Of a stretch of 32,000 nucleotides of DNA, positions 1 through 8,775 are shown piece after piece (the stretch's first letter is position 1; each line of letters begins with the position of its first letter). This DNA comes from Halalkalibacterium halodurans (GTDB lineage Bacteria; Bacillota; Bacilli; Bacillales; Bacillaceae_D). Location: NCBI RefSeq assembly GCF_004376175.1, contig NZ_SNUY01000014.1, positions 30,777 through 62,776 of the forward strand, in the 5' to 3' direction. The position numbers were made by a program, and so were the translations under genes. The notes under the pieces were generated by a model. It had not been told where the DNA came from. It did no database searches and saw only the letters and a program-made list of their open reading frames with translations.

Positions 1-498
1 GGGGGGAGGATAGAGGTCAATGGTCAGCCTATCACAGATAAGCACATTGATCATTACCGCCAGCTCTTTTCTACAGTGTTCTCAGATTTTTATCTTTTCG
101 AGCAATTTATTGGTATCTCAGAAGACAAAGTAAAAGAGGAAGCGGAAGAGTACCTGCGGCTTCTTCAACTAAATCATAAGGTAAAGGTTGAAGAAGATCG
201 CTTATCAACAACAGATCTGTCAGGAGGACAAAGGAAGCGACTTGCGTTGTTAGTTTCATATCTGGAGGATAGACCATTTTATGTATTTGATGAATGGGCG
301 GCAGATCAGGATCCGCTGTTCAAAGACTTCTTTTATACAAAACTTCTACCAGCTTTGAAAGGTAAGGGCAAGACGGTGCTTGTAATCTCACATGATGATA
401 AATATTTCAACGTGGCGGACAGAATCATTAAGATAGACTACGGGCAAGTGATAAAAGATGAGCCTATTGAAGCACTATCACAGCAAGCAGCTGAGTAA
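1..498 (+). CDS. ABC transporter, C-terminal ATP-binding domain only (cyclic-peptide/siderophore-type exporter, SyrD/PvdE-like); 5' end is off-window
   Basis: Frame 1 is open from base 1 (GGRIEVNGQPITDKHIDHYRQLF...). ABC signature LSGGQRKR, Walker B FYVFDEWAADQD, H-loop VISHDD. Lies directly upstream of an MbtH gene. Confidence 0.85.
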   Translation, partial: GGRIEVNGQPITDKHIDHYRQLFSTVFSDFYLFEQFIGISEDKVKEEAEEYLRLLQLNHKVKVEEDRLSTTDLSGGQRKRLALLVSYLEDRPFYVFDEWAADQDPLFKDFFYTKLLPALKGKGKTVLVISHDDKYFNVADRIIKIDYGQVIKDEPIEALSQQAAE

Positions 499-577
499 TC
501 GGTGGGTTGCCACATATGCTATTTAAGTAATAGAAGATTCATTATACAGAAACTTCATTGAAAGGGGGTGATAAACC

Positions 578-787
578 ATGGAGAACACAAACATCCAATA
601 TAAAGTTGTATACAATCACGAAGAACAGTACTCAATTTGGCCAGCTCATAGAGAGCTGCCGAACGGATGGTTTGAGGAGGGTACGATTGGAGAGAAGGAA
701 GAATGTCTTCAACGGATCGAGGAAGTATGGACAGATATGAGACCACTAAGTCTAAGAAAGCAACTATCTAAGGCTGAAGGCAATTAA
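578..787 (+). CDS. MbtH-like protein (NRPS adenylation-domain chaperone)
   Basis: 69 aa with the diagnostic pattern YKVVYNHEEQYSIWPAHRELPNGW...CLQRIEEVWTDMRPLSL. SD GGGGGTGA lies 6-7 nt before the ATG. Confidence 0.9.
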   Translation: MENTNIQYKVVYNHEEQYSIWPAHRELPNGWFEEGTIGEKEECLQRIEEVWTDMRPLSLRKQLSKAEGN

Positions 788-838
788 TATAAAGCTTTAT
801 ACATGTATTGATCTTTTAAAAAGGGGTGCATACGTGAG

Positions 839-1264
839 GTGAGCAACACTAGATATGAAGAAAAGTTACCTGATCTCTATTCTCTTAATAGAGATCAGGC
901 TCAGCAGCATATTCTGAAATACCTAGAGCAGCTATTAATCGAACATACTGAATATGATGCGCAGCTCGAGATCGAAAATGTGAAGATCATGGAATGGGTA
1001 CAGGACTCATTAACAGCAATTAAGCTAAAGGCACACATAGAAAAAGATATAGGAATAGAGATAGACGTATCTGAACTGTTTGAAGAGCAATCACTATTAC
1101 AGTTAACAGCAATGATGATTGACCTCGTAGATGAACTGAGGCATTCATCCAGCTCTTCTATTGATTCGGGTGAGGAAAAGGATTTCTTCACTGAAGAGCT
1201 ACAAAAGATGAGTGACGAAGAGATCAATGAATTATATGAACAAATACAAAAAAGCAAGTCATAA
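839..1264 (+). CDS. Stand-alone carrier protein (PCP/ACP-like) with a Ser/Asp/Glu-rich C-terminal tail
   Basis: Phosphopantetheine-site-like motif VQDSLTAIKLKAHIEKDIGIEIDVSELF followed by a helix-III-like LLQLTAMMIDL. GTG start. The ~43-aa tail reads RHSSSSSIDSGEEKDFF...EEINELYEQIQ. Confidence 0.65.
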   Translation: MSNTRYEEKLPDLYSLNRDQAQQHILKYLEQLLIEHTEYDAQLEIENVKIMEWVQDSLTAIKLKAHIEKDIGIEIDVSELFEEQSLLQLTAMMIDLVDELRHSSSSSIDSGEEKDFFTEELQKMSDEEINELYEQIQKSKS

Positions 1265-1323
1265 ACGGATATTTTACAGGAAGAAGCTATAAATTCCTTA
1301 ATATTGAGGGGTGAGATAAAGAT

Positions 1324-2061
1324 TTGCAGACAAAAGGTGTAATTGTAACAGGTGGTTCAAGGGGGATAGGAAGGGCAACAGTAGAATTGCTAGCAAGAGA
1401 AGGAGTTGATGTTGCTTTTACCTACAACACAAACCATGAAGCCGCACAGGAAGTATGCGAATGCACAAAGCATGACAAAGGGAGAGTCAAGGGATTTCAA
1501 GCTAGTGCAAAATCGTTCAGTGAAGCAAAAGAAGTCGTTCATGAAATGACAGCATTTTTAGGGAGAATAGATGGCTTAGTACTGAATGCAGGAATAAATA
1601 AGGATATGCCGTTAATGATGATGAGCGAAGAAGACTGGGACAATGTCATTACTACAAACATTGGTGGTGTATTCAATTATACGAAGCCTGTTATTTATCA
1701 GATGATGAAGCAAAAGCATGGAAAAATTGTCTGTATCACATCCGTCAGTGGCTTAAAAGGGATATCTGGTCAGACAAATTATTCAGCTTCAAAAGCAGCA
1801 CAAATTGGCTTTGTCCGTTCTCTATCAAAAGAGGTCGCACGATTTAACATTAACGTTAATGCTATTGCACCAGGGTTTATCGAAACGGATATGTGGTCTT
1901 CAATTGCTCAAAAGCAGAGGGAGGAGATTCAACAGGAGATTCCCTTCGGTAGACCAGGAAAAGTAGATGAAGTATCAGAGGTGATTAAGTTTTTATTATC
2001 TGATAAATCAAGCTATATGACTGGAAGTGTCATTGTTGTTGATGGTGGCTTAAGCTCATAA
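1324..2061 (+). CDS. 3-oxoacyl-ACP reductase-type SDR (FabG-like ketoreductase)
   Basis: TGGSRGIGRA cofactor motif, NAGI, and the catalytic S...YSASKAA triad. TTG start after SD GAGGGGTGAG. Confidence 0.9.
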   Translation: MQTKGVIVTGGSRGIGRATVELLAREGVDVAFTYNTNHEAAQEVCECTKHDKGRVKGFQASAKSFSEAKEVVHEMTAFLGRIDGLVLNAGINKDMPLMMMSEEDWDNVITTNIGGVFNYTKPVIYQMMKQKHGKIVCITSVSGLKGISGQTNYSASKAAQIGFVRSLSKEVARFNINVNAIAPGFIETDMWSSIAQKQREEIQQEIPFGRPGKVDEVSEVIKFLLSDKSSYMTGSVIVVDGGLSS

Positions 2062-2152
2062 CCAACAATGGCTATACATTGATATACGCTTGACTAATAC
2101 AAGGATGGGCACGAATTGAACATCTAAATACACAAATCTTGGAGGGATAATA

Positions 2153-2404
2153 ATGAAAATTTTAAAGGAAGATTTAAAAGAATTAATCGTAGAAATCATT
2201 GAGGAAGAGGATTTACAAGATACGGATCATTTTGTTGACGATCTTGGTGTAGACTCGATGATGGCTATTGAAATTGTCGCACAAATCGAAAAGAAATATA
2301 AAATTACAATTTCAGAAGAATACTTACCAAAAGTAACTTCATTGAATGACGTTTATGAAGTGGTCACAAATATTGTGGAAAGCACTGTAGTAAAAGAAGG
2401 GTAG
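2153..2404 (+). CDS. Acyl carrier protein
   Basis: 83 aa, acidic, with the DDLGVDSMMAIEIV phosphopantetheinylation motif. SD GGAGGG is upstream. Confidence 0.85.
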   Translation: MKILKEDLKELIVEIIEEEDLQDTDHFVDDLGVDSMMAIEIVAQIEKKYKITISEEYLPKVTSLNDVYEVVTNIVESTVVKEG

Positions 2405-2408
2405 CTCA

Positions 2409-3626
2409 ATGGAAAGAAAGAGAATTGTCATAACTGGAATAGGTGTACTTACTCCTATCGGTTCAGGAAAAGAAGTGTTCTGGGAGAATTTATGTCAAGG
2501 TAAAGTTGGAACAGAAGAAGAAGTGACAGCCTTTAATACAGAAAAATTTGACTGTCATATTGGTGGAGAAGTAAGAGATATTGATCCTGAACAGTTTTTT
2601 GAAAAGAATGCTCCTAGCTTAGTAGGGAGAACGACCCAGCTAGCAGTGGCTGCTGCAAAGATGGCTGTCAAAGATGCTAACATACCAGATTTCTGTGCAA
2701 ATGCTGATAGAGTCTCAGTTTGTATGGGCACGACAATGGGAAACAATAGCGTGATTGAAAAGTATCATGAGAACAGTTTAACGAGTGAGCAAGAAGCGAG
2801 TACCGAGTATATGACAAATTATTCTCTAAATCGGTTATCTTCAGTCGTTGCAGAAGAACTAGGCGCAGAAGGGACATGTATGGTGGTCCCTACTGCCTGC
2901 GCCGCAGGAAACTATGCGATTGGACTTGGAAAGGATTTGATTGAAGAAGGGAAAGCAGATAAGGCCATTGTAGGTGGTGCTGATGCAATGTCCCGTGTCA
3001 TATACACAACATTTTCTCGTTTAGGTGCGATGGCTCAAAGCGCTTCAAAGCCCTTTGATAAAAATAGAGACGGCATTAATGTGAGTGAAGGAGCAGGAGT
3101 ATTAGTTTTAGAGGATTATGAAAAGGCTAAACAACGAGGGGCAAGAATATATGCCGAGCTGCTTGGGCATGGATTAGCATGTGATGCACATCATCCCACA
3201 GCGCCTCACCCTGAAGGAGAAGGGGCTGAACAAGCAATTAAAAAGGCTCTCATCGACGCAGGAATATCTGTTGAAGATGTTTCATATATAAATGCACACG
3301 GAACGGGTACAAAAGCGAATGATCAAACAGAATCGATGGCGATTAAAAATGTTTTTGGCCCATACGCTGACCAAGTTCCTGTTAGTTCAGTTAAATCGAT
3401 GTTAGGCCATACTATGGGGGCAGCAAGTGCGATAGAAGCAATCGTCTGTACCCTATCAATCTATCACTCACTTATTCCCCCAACGATGAATATCGAAGTT
3501 CTGGATGAAGAATGTTTAAGTAGTGTGGTTGTAAAAGAGCCTATAGCAAAGCCGGTGAAATTCGCTATTAGTAATTCATTCGCCTTTGGTGGGAACATTT
3601 CGATTATATCTTTAGGGAGTGTATAA
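2409..3626 (+). CDS. Beta-ketoacyl synthase (KS-alpha/FabF-like, catalytically complete)
   Basis: Active-site Cys in VVPTACAAGNYAIG, His in ACDAHHPTAP and His in INAHGTGT. C-terminal NSFAFGGNI. Confidence 0.9.
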   Translation: MERKRIVITGIGVLTPIGSGKEVFWENLCQGKVGTEEEVTAFNTEKFDCHIGGEVRDIDPEQFFEKNAPSLVGRTTQLAVAAAKMAVKDANIPDFCANADRVSVCMGTTMGNNSVIEKYHENSLTSEQEASTEYMTNYSLNRLSSVVAEELGAEGTCMVVPTACAAGNYAIGLGKDLIEEGKADKAIVGGADAMSRVIYTTFSRLGAMAQSASKPFDKNRDGINVSEGAGVLVLEDYEKAKQRGARIYAELLGHGLACDAHHPTAPHPEGEGAEQAIKKALIDAGISVEDVSYINAHGTGTKANDQTESMAIKNVFGPYADQVPVSSVKSMLGHTMGAASAIEAIVCTLSIYHSLIPPTMNIEVLDEECLSSVVVKEPIAKPVKFAISNSFAFGGNISIISLGSV

Positions 3627-4883
3627 ATGATGAATGACCTACAGGATCCAATAGTTATAAGTGGAATTGGTCAGGTTTCACCGTATGGGATTGATAAGGA
3701 GCTATTATGGAACGTACTGTTTAAAACAAAAAGCGAAATTGATCAACTGAAAAAAAGTAGGATTGGAAACATTGATGAGGAGAATGGTTTATTCATTCCC
3801 TCCGATTGGAATCCAAAAGAGCTATTAGGTAAACGTGGGCTCCAATTCTTGAATGCGAGTACTAAGTATCTAATGGCTGCGACTAATCTAGCTCTAGAGC
3901 ATGCACAATTATCTAGCGAAACGGTAAATGCCGAAGAATTAGGAGTCGTTGTAGGCTGCAACTATACAGGATTAGCCGTTTCAATAGAATATGATCAAAT
4001 CGCAATTACGGAAGGGCCAAGATACGTTAGCCCAATGCAAGCTCCAAATATTTTAGCAAATGCTCCTGCATCTCACTTAGGGATTAGGGTACAGGCTCAA
4101 GCTTGTAATACAACGATATCTACCGGTCAATGTGCGGGCTTAGATGCACTCGGCTACAGTATGAACCTACTAAAAAGAAACAGGGCCAAATATGTCATCG
4201 TTGGTGGTGTTGAAGAGTTAAACGAAAGTGTCATACAGTACCTCAAGCGTTCGGACCATACTCCTAAGAATATGACTGATAAACAAGGGATACCGTATGC
4301 ACCAGATTCAGCTGGAATTCTGCCTAGTGAGGGAGCTGTCACGGTCATACTAGAAAGAAAATCTACTGCAATCGATAGAGGAATCCAACCTTTAGCAGAG
4401 CTGGTTTCTTGGGATAATGTGTTTGCTGCACGGAAGGACGAATCTCATCGAGTTGCAGCGGTGAGAAGAGCACTAACCTCTGTAGTAAATGCAGCTTCAG
4501 CATCCATAGAAGATATAGGCCTGATATTTTCAGGGGCAAATGGGGACTATGAAATAGATCGAGTAGAACTGCTCGCATTGCAAGAACTACTAGAAATGGG
4601 AGAAAAGCAAGTGAATAGCCCTAAGGTTTTTCCTATCAAATCAGTAGTAGGAGAGGCATTTGGTGCGAGCGGTTTGTTTCAACTGTCAGGAGCTTTAGGC
4701 TTTTTAAACAAAAAGAAATGGCCAAGCCCGTATGGAAATGATGCGGATCAAGTTGATCCAACCTTTGCCTCTCTACTGAACTATAATCAAGCGTGGACTG
4801 AAGAAAATGAATGTCCATATATTGCGCTTACTTCCCATAGCCGATCAGGAGAAACGAGTGCAATCCTTATTCGTTCAACATAG
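3627..4883 (+). CDS. KS-beta / chain-length-factor-like ketosynthase paralogue (active-site Cys replaced by Gln, catalytic His residues absent)
   Basis: ISTGQCAGLDALG aligns with the TACAAGNYAIG of the preceding KS, placing Gln at the Cys position. FSGANGDYE occupies the place of NAHGTGT. Its start abuts the KS stop (TAAATGATG). Confidence 0.8.
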   Translation: MMNDLQDPIVISGIGQVSPYGIDKELLWNVLFKTKSEIDQLKKSRIGNIDEENGLFIPSDWNPKELLGKRGLQFLNASTKYLMAATNLALEHAQLSSETVNAEELGVVVGCNYTGLAVSIEYDQIAITEGPRYVSPMQAPNILANAPASHLGIRVQAQACNTTISTGQCAGLDALGYSMNLLKRNRAKYVIVGGVEELNESVIQYLKRSDHTPKNMTDKQGIPYAPDSAGILPSEGAVTVILERKSTAIDRGIQPLAELVSWDNVFAARKDESHRVAAVRRALTSVVNAASASIEDIGLIFSGANGDYEIDRVELLALQELLEMGEKQVNSPKVFPIKSVVGEAFGASGLFQLSGALGFLNKKKWPSPYGNDADQVDPTFASLLNYNQAWTEENECPYIALTSHSRSGETSAILIRST

Positions 4884-4924
4884 ATTTAACAAGATGAACA
4901 GTGGAAAGAAGGAGTGGTATATGA

Positions 4925-5371
4925 ATGGATCAGAACCTTAGTTATGAACAAGTGCGATCTCTGCTACCTCAAAAACATCCCTTTATCTTCATAGATACAG
5001 TAGAGCAGATAGAGCCAGATAACAGAATTGTATGTGTTAAAAATCTGACAGGGAATGAGTGGTACGTTCCAGGCCATTTCCCTGACCAAACCGTTTTTCC
5101 GGGAGTGTTACTCGTTGAGGCGATGGCTCAATCAGGTATTTTATTATACAAGCTAAGTCAGGAGGATATCAGTAGTACTGAGAAACAACAGTTTCTTCTA
5201 TCAGGAGTGAAAGTGCGCTTTTTAAATCCGGCTGTACCAGGTAATCAAATCAGAATTGAAACAGAGTATGTCAAAATGACGGCAAATGCTGGGATTGTAA
5301 CGTCAACAGGCTGGGTTGGTGAATCAAAAATTGCTAAAGCAGATATTACGCTTGCAATATCTAATAAATGA
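4925..5371 (+). CDS. FabZ/FabA-type hot-dog fold beta-hydroxyacyl-ACP dehydratase
   Basis: HFPDQTVFPGVLLVEAMAQ motif. 148 aa. SD GAAGGAG is upstream. Confidence 0.85.
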   Translation: MDQNLSYEQVRSLLPQKHPFIFIDTVEQIEPDNRIVCVKNLTGNEWYVPGHFPDQTVFPGVLLVEAMAQSGILLYKLSQEDISSTEKQQFLLSGVKVRFLNPAVPGNQIRIETEYVKMTANAGIVTSTGWVGESKIAKADITLAISNK

Positions 5372-5382
5372 GGATGGATGCA

Positions 5383-7110
5383 ATGAATAATTCGTTTAAC
5401 CGCTTAACGGATGTTATCTTATCAAAACGTAACGTGCACGACAGAGGAATCACATTTATTAAGGAGGAAAATATAGAGCATTTCGTATCCTATCATGACC
5501 TTCTGGACTCAGCTCTATCAATCACTGGGTACCTTCAGCAGGTTGGAATCAAACCAGGAGATGAGGTTGTTTTACAAACGGAAGATGTTGAGCAATTTGT
5601 ATATGCTTACTGGGCGTGTATATTAGGGGGATTTGTACCTGTACCGTTAAGTATTGGTGTGAATAAAGATCAACGTTTAAAGTTGTTGAACGTATGGGAG
5701 TACCTCAACAACCCGTTCTTACTTACGAACGAAAAAAATACCCAGAGATTAGTGCGTTTTGCACAAAAATATTCCGTCACACAGCAATTTAAGCCGATAT
5801 TAGAAACAAAAATAATCATTGAACAGGCGGTCGAACAGGGTTCACCTGGATCGGTTTACACCCCAGAAGTGGACGATGTGGCGATGATACAGTTTTCTTC
5901 AGGGTCAACAGGGAGACCTAAAGGGGTGGCACTAACTCATCTAAATGTAATGACAAATATTAAAGACATTATTAGTGTAGGTCGAAATAAATGGGCTGAT
6001 GACAGATTTGTTAGTTGGTTACCAATGACACATGATTTTGGGCTTATTGCGCTACATTTGTTTCCGTTAACAGCGAACGCAAATCATATGATTATGCCAA
6101 CACAGATGTTTATCATGTCGCCGTTACTATGGTTACGCAAAGCGAGTGAGTATAAGGCAACATGTCTAGCTTCTCCTAACTTCGGCTATCAGTACCTACT
6201 TAAATATCTTCAAGCATCGCGACTGAATCAATCGAAGTTAGATTTGTCGTCTGTAAGGTATATTTTCAATAGCGCAGAACAAATATCGCCTCAATTAGCT
6301 CGGTTATTTGTTGAAGCGTTGGAACCTTACAATTTAAAAAGAAATGTAATTGTTCCAGCCTACGGCCTAGCAGAAGCAAGCGTAGCAGTTACAGTCTGTG
6401 AATTGTTTCAACCAATGAAAACGTATGCCATCTCCCGTGATCAGTTAGATATTGGTTCAGAAATTCAAGAGGTACAGCAAGGTGGACTTGAATTAGTTGA
6501 TTTAGGAAAATCCTTGCCGTCTGTTTCTATCAGGGTTTGTGATGATCAAGATAATGACCTTGGTGAAGATAGAATTGGACATATCCAAATGAGAGGGAAA
6601 AATGTAACCAAAGGCTATTATAATAGCCCGGAAAGAAATGAACAATTATTTACACATGACGGTTATCTTAGAACGGGTGACATCGGATTTATTAAAGAAG
6701 GGAGCCTTGTTATAACTGGAAGAAAAAAGGATTTGGTTATAATTAATGGTCAAAATCTATATCCTTATGATATTGAAAGAGTGGCAGAAGAAGTTGAAGG
6801 ATTAGAATTAAATACGTTTGCTTGCACTAGTGTTTATAATGACCAACTTGGCGAAGAAGAAGTGATTGGATTTTTGTTACATAGAGGCGACCTAAAAGAT
6901 ATCGTTCAACTAGCCCAAAAAGTCCAAAAGCATATCAAAGAACAAATGGGAGTGTTGTTAAAACAGTTCATTCCTGTGAAAAACATCCCTAGAACAACAA
7001 GCGGAAAAATTCAACGTTATCAATTAGCGAAAGATTATGTACAAGGCGTTTATGATCAACAAATACAGGAATTTAACAAACTTTGTATGCACGAGTCTAC
7101 AACGTTATAG
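5383..7110 (+). CDS. Fatty-acyl-AMP ligase (FAAL, FadD32-like adenylating enzyme). Start is ambiguous: ATG 5368 overlaps the dehydratase stop, ATG 5383 has the better SD.
   Basis: Adenylation core motifs FSSGSTGRPKGV, YGLAEA, TGDIG, GRKKDLVIINGQNLYP and PRTTSGKIQR. LPMTHDFGLI resembles the FAAL-typical HDMGLI. Confidence 0.85.
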   Translation: MNNSFNRLTDVILSKRNVHDRGITFIKEENIEHFVSYHDLLDSALSITGYLQQVGIKPGDEVVLQTEDVEQFVYAYWACILGGFVPVPLSIGVNKDQRLKLLNVWEYLNNPFLLTNEKNTQRLVRFAQKYSVTQQFKPILETKIIIEQAVEQGSPGSVYTPEVDDVAMIQFSSGSTGRPKGVALTHLNVMTNIKDIISVGRNKWADDRFVSWLPMTHDFGLIALHLFPLTANANHMIMPTQMFIMSPLLWLRKASEYKATCLASPNFGYQYLLKYLQASRLNQSKLDLSSVRYIFNSAEQISPQLARLFVEALEPYNLKRNVIVPAYGLAEASVAVTVCELFQPMKTYAISRDQLDIGSEIQEVQQGGLELVDLGKSLPSVSIRVCDDQDNDLGEDRIGHIQMRGKNVTKGYYNSPERNEQLFTHDGYLRTGDIGFIKEGSLVITGRKKDLVIINGQNLYPYDIERVAEEVEGLELNTFACTSVYNDQLGEEEVIGFLLHRGDLKDIVQLAQKVQKHIKEQMGVLLKQFIPVKNIPRTTSGKIQRYQLAKDYVQGVYDQQIQEFNKLCMHESTTL

Positions 7111-7169
7111 TAGAACAGTTGTTATAAAGGAGCATACACCTTATAACAATTGATTAAGGAGGAAATGCG

Positions 7170-8531
7170 ATGAATTATCTGAATATAAAGACTACCCTTC
7201 CGGGGCCTCGCTCCAAAGAAATTTTAAATGAAAAGAATTCAGTGGCAAGAGCATTCGGTACATTTGTACCAGCAATAATAGATTATGCTCGTGGTGCCCA
7301 AGTGTGGGACCTAGATGGAAATCAATTCATCGATCTTGCTGGAGGAGTAGGTTCGTTAAACGTGGGACATAGTCATCCAAAAGTGGTTGACGTTATACAA
7401 AAGCAAGCGGATAAATTTACACATACAGACTTCACAGTTATTCCTTATCAATCCTATTTTAAACTAGCAGAAAGACTCTGTTCCAAAATGCCTGGAGTTG
7501 AAGAAAAAAAAGCATGTTTCTTTAATTCTGGTACAGAGGCAGTTGAAAATGCGATAAAGATTGCACGGAAAGCAACAGGACGCAGGTCTGTCATTTGCTT
7601 TAAAGGAGCCTTTCATGGGAGAACGATGCTGTCATTATCGCTTACGAGCAAGATAAAGCCTTATAAAGAAGGAATGGGTCCATTCTTCAATGATATCTAT
7701 CGTGTCCCTTATCCTTACGTGTACCGTTGGGAGGATAGGGTCTGCTCAGAAGAAGTATCAAATCGAGCAATAAAAATGTTAAAGGAATTGTTTGTTAAGC
7801 AGGTTGATCCAAATGATGTCGCAGCACTGATAATCGAGCCGATTCAAGGAGAAGCAGGCTTTATTAATCCACCTATGCCTTATCTCCATCAAGTTCAGGA
7901 AGTATGTAATGAGTATGGTATCGTTTTCATAGTCGATGAGGTTCAAACAGGATACGGGAGAACGGGATGCTTTTTAGCGTCTGAATACTATGGTATCGAA
8001 CCAGACTTAATCACGTTAGGAAAATCTATCGCTGCTGGCCTTCCGCTTTCAGCCATTATCGGAAAAGAAAGAATCATGGACAGTGCAGGTGATGGAGCGG
8101 TTGGTGGTACATTTGTTGGAAATCCGATTGCCTGTACTGCAGCACTTGCAGTGCTAGACATATACGAAGAAGAAAACCTAGGTGAGCGGGCGAATAAAAT
8201 AGGAGAAAAGATTGATCAATGGTTGCATCAATTGAAGAATAAATCACACCTTATTGGTGATATACGTGGAGTAGGAGCAATGAAAGCTTTTGAGCTTGTA
8301 AGAGACCACGAGACAAGAGAGCCAGCAGATGAAGAAACGTATGAAATTATTCAGCGCTGTTTGCATAAAGGGGTCATTCTATTTAAAGCAGGATTATATA
8401 ACAATGTAATAAGGTTTTTAGTTCCGTTGGTGATTACTGACGATCAACTAGAAGAAGCGCTAGACGTGATAGAAGAGTGTGTAATCGAAGTCACGCATCA
8501 ATATGAACGTCAGACGGTCGCTCATGGGTAA
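7170..8531 (+). CDS. Class III PLP aminotransferase, GabT (omega-amino acid:2-oxoglutarate) family. The present stop codon is supplied by the IS end.
   Basis: GGVGSLNVGHSHPKV, SGTEAVENAIKIAR, DEVQTGYGRTG and TLGKSIAAGLP (PLP Lys) are collinear with GabT as I recall it. The last 5 nt (8527-8531) belong to the inserted IS. Confidence 0.9.
   Translation: MNYLNIKTTLPGPRSKEILNEKNSVARAFGTFVPAIIDYARGAQVWDLDGNQFIDLAGGVGSLNVGHSHPKVVDVIQKQADKFTHTDFTVIPYQSYFKLAERLCSKMPGVEEKKACFFNSGTEAVENAIKIARKATGRRSVICFKGAFHGRTMLSLSLTSKIKPYKEGMGPFFNDIYRVPYPYVYRWEDRVCSEEVSNRAIKMLKELFVKQVDPNDVAALIIEPIQGEAGFINPPMPYLHQVQEVCNEYGIVFIVDEVQTGYGRTGCFLASEYYGIEPDLITLGKSIAAGLPLSAIIGKERIMDSAGDGAVGGTFVGNPIACTAALAVLDIYEEENLGERANKIGEKIDQWLHQLKNKSHLIGDIRGVGAMKAFELVRDHETREPADEETYEIIQRCLHKGVILFKAGLYNNVIRFLVPLVITDDQLEEALDVIEECVIEVTHQYERQTVAHG
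8519..8526. repeat. Target-site duplication CGCTCATG (left copy) of the IS6-family element
   Basis: An identical 8-mer is found at 10360-10367, immediately outside the two inverted repeats. Confidence 0.8.
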
Positions 8532-8598
8532 TGTCAAAAGTTCTATGAAAACTCACTAGGCATTCAGTTCTTTTCTCTTTTGTGGGTGGAGGAGCCCC

Positions 8599-8748
8599 GC
8601 AATCGCTCTTGACAAACACGCCAATGGTTTTGACTAAGGCTAAACAAGGGCGAAGGGGACAAAAGAAGGCATACCAAATAGCCCTTGGTTATTTCCATTT
8701 TAAACCATTGGCAAGTTCGGTTTGTCAAGAGTTCGCTACGCCGATTGC
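8599..8748. repeat. ~150-nt imperfect palindrome inside the IS, between the IR and the transposase stop
   Basis: Three matched arm blocks pair: GCAATCG/CGATTGC, CTCTTGACAAAC/GTTTGTCAAGAG and CCAATGGTTT/AAACCATTGG. An inner pair TAAACAAGGGC/GCCCTTGGTTA adds to the stem. Confidence 0.7.
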
Positions 8749-8775
8749 TGATGTTAGGGCTCAGCTAAACAAAAG

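Noticed and set aside
558-746. ORFs 555-746 (-) and 558-740 (+), which overlap the MbtH gene
   Set aside because: Both are alternative or antisense frames of a gene with an unmistakable MbtH signature. Neither has a recognisable motif or an SD.
901-1257. 118-aa antisense ORF inside the carrier-protein gene, and similar antisense ORFs inside KS, CLF, ALDH, PBP, lipase, CbiA and ABC-F (for example 2555-2877, 3743-4818, 10460-10789, 20198-20517, 26008-26433)
   Set aside because: They lie entirely within well-supported genes on the opposite strand or in another frame. Their composition is low-complexity (Ser/Cys/Leu or Arg-rich), typical of shadow ORFs.
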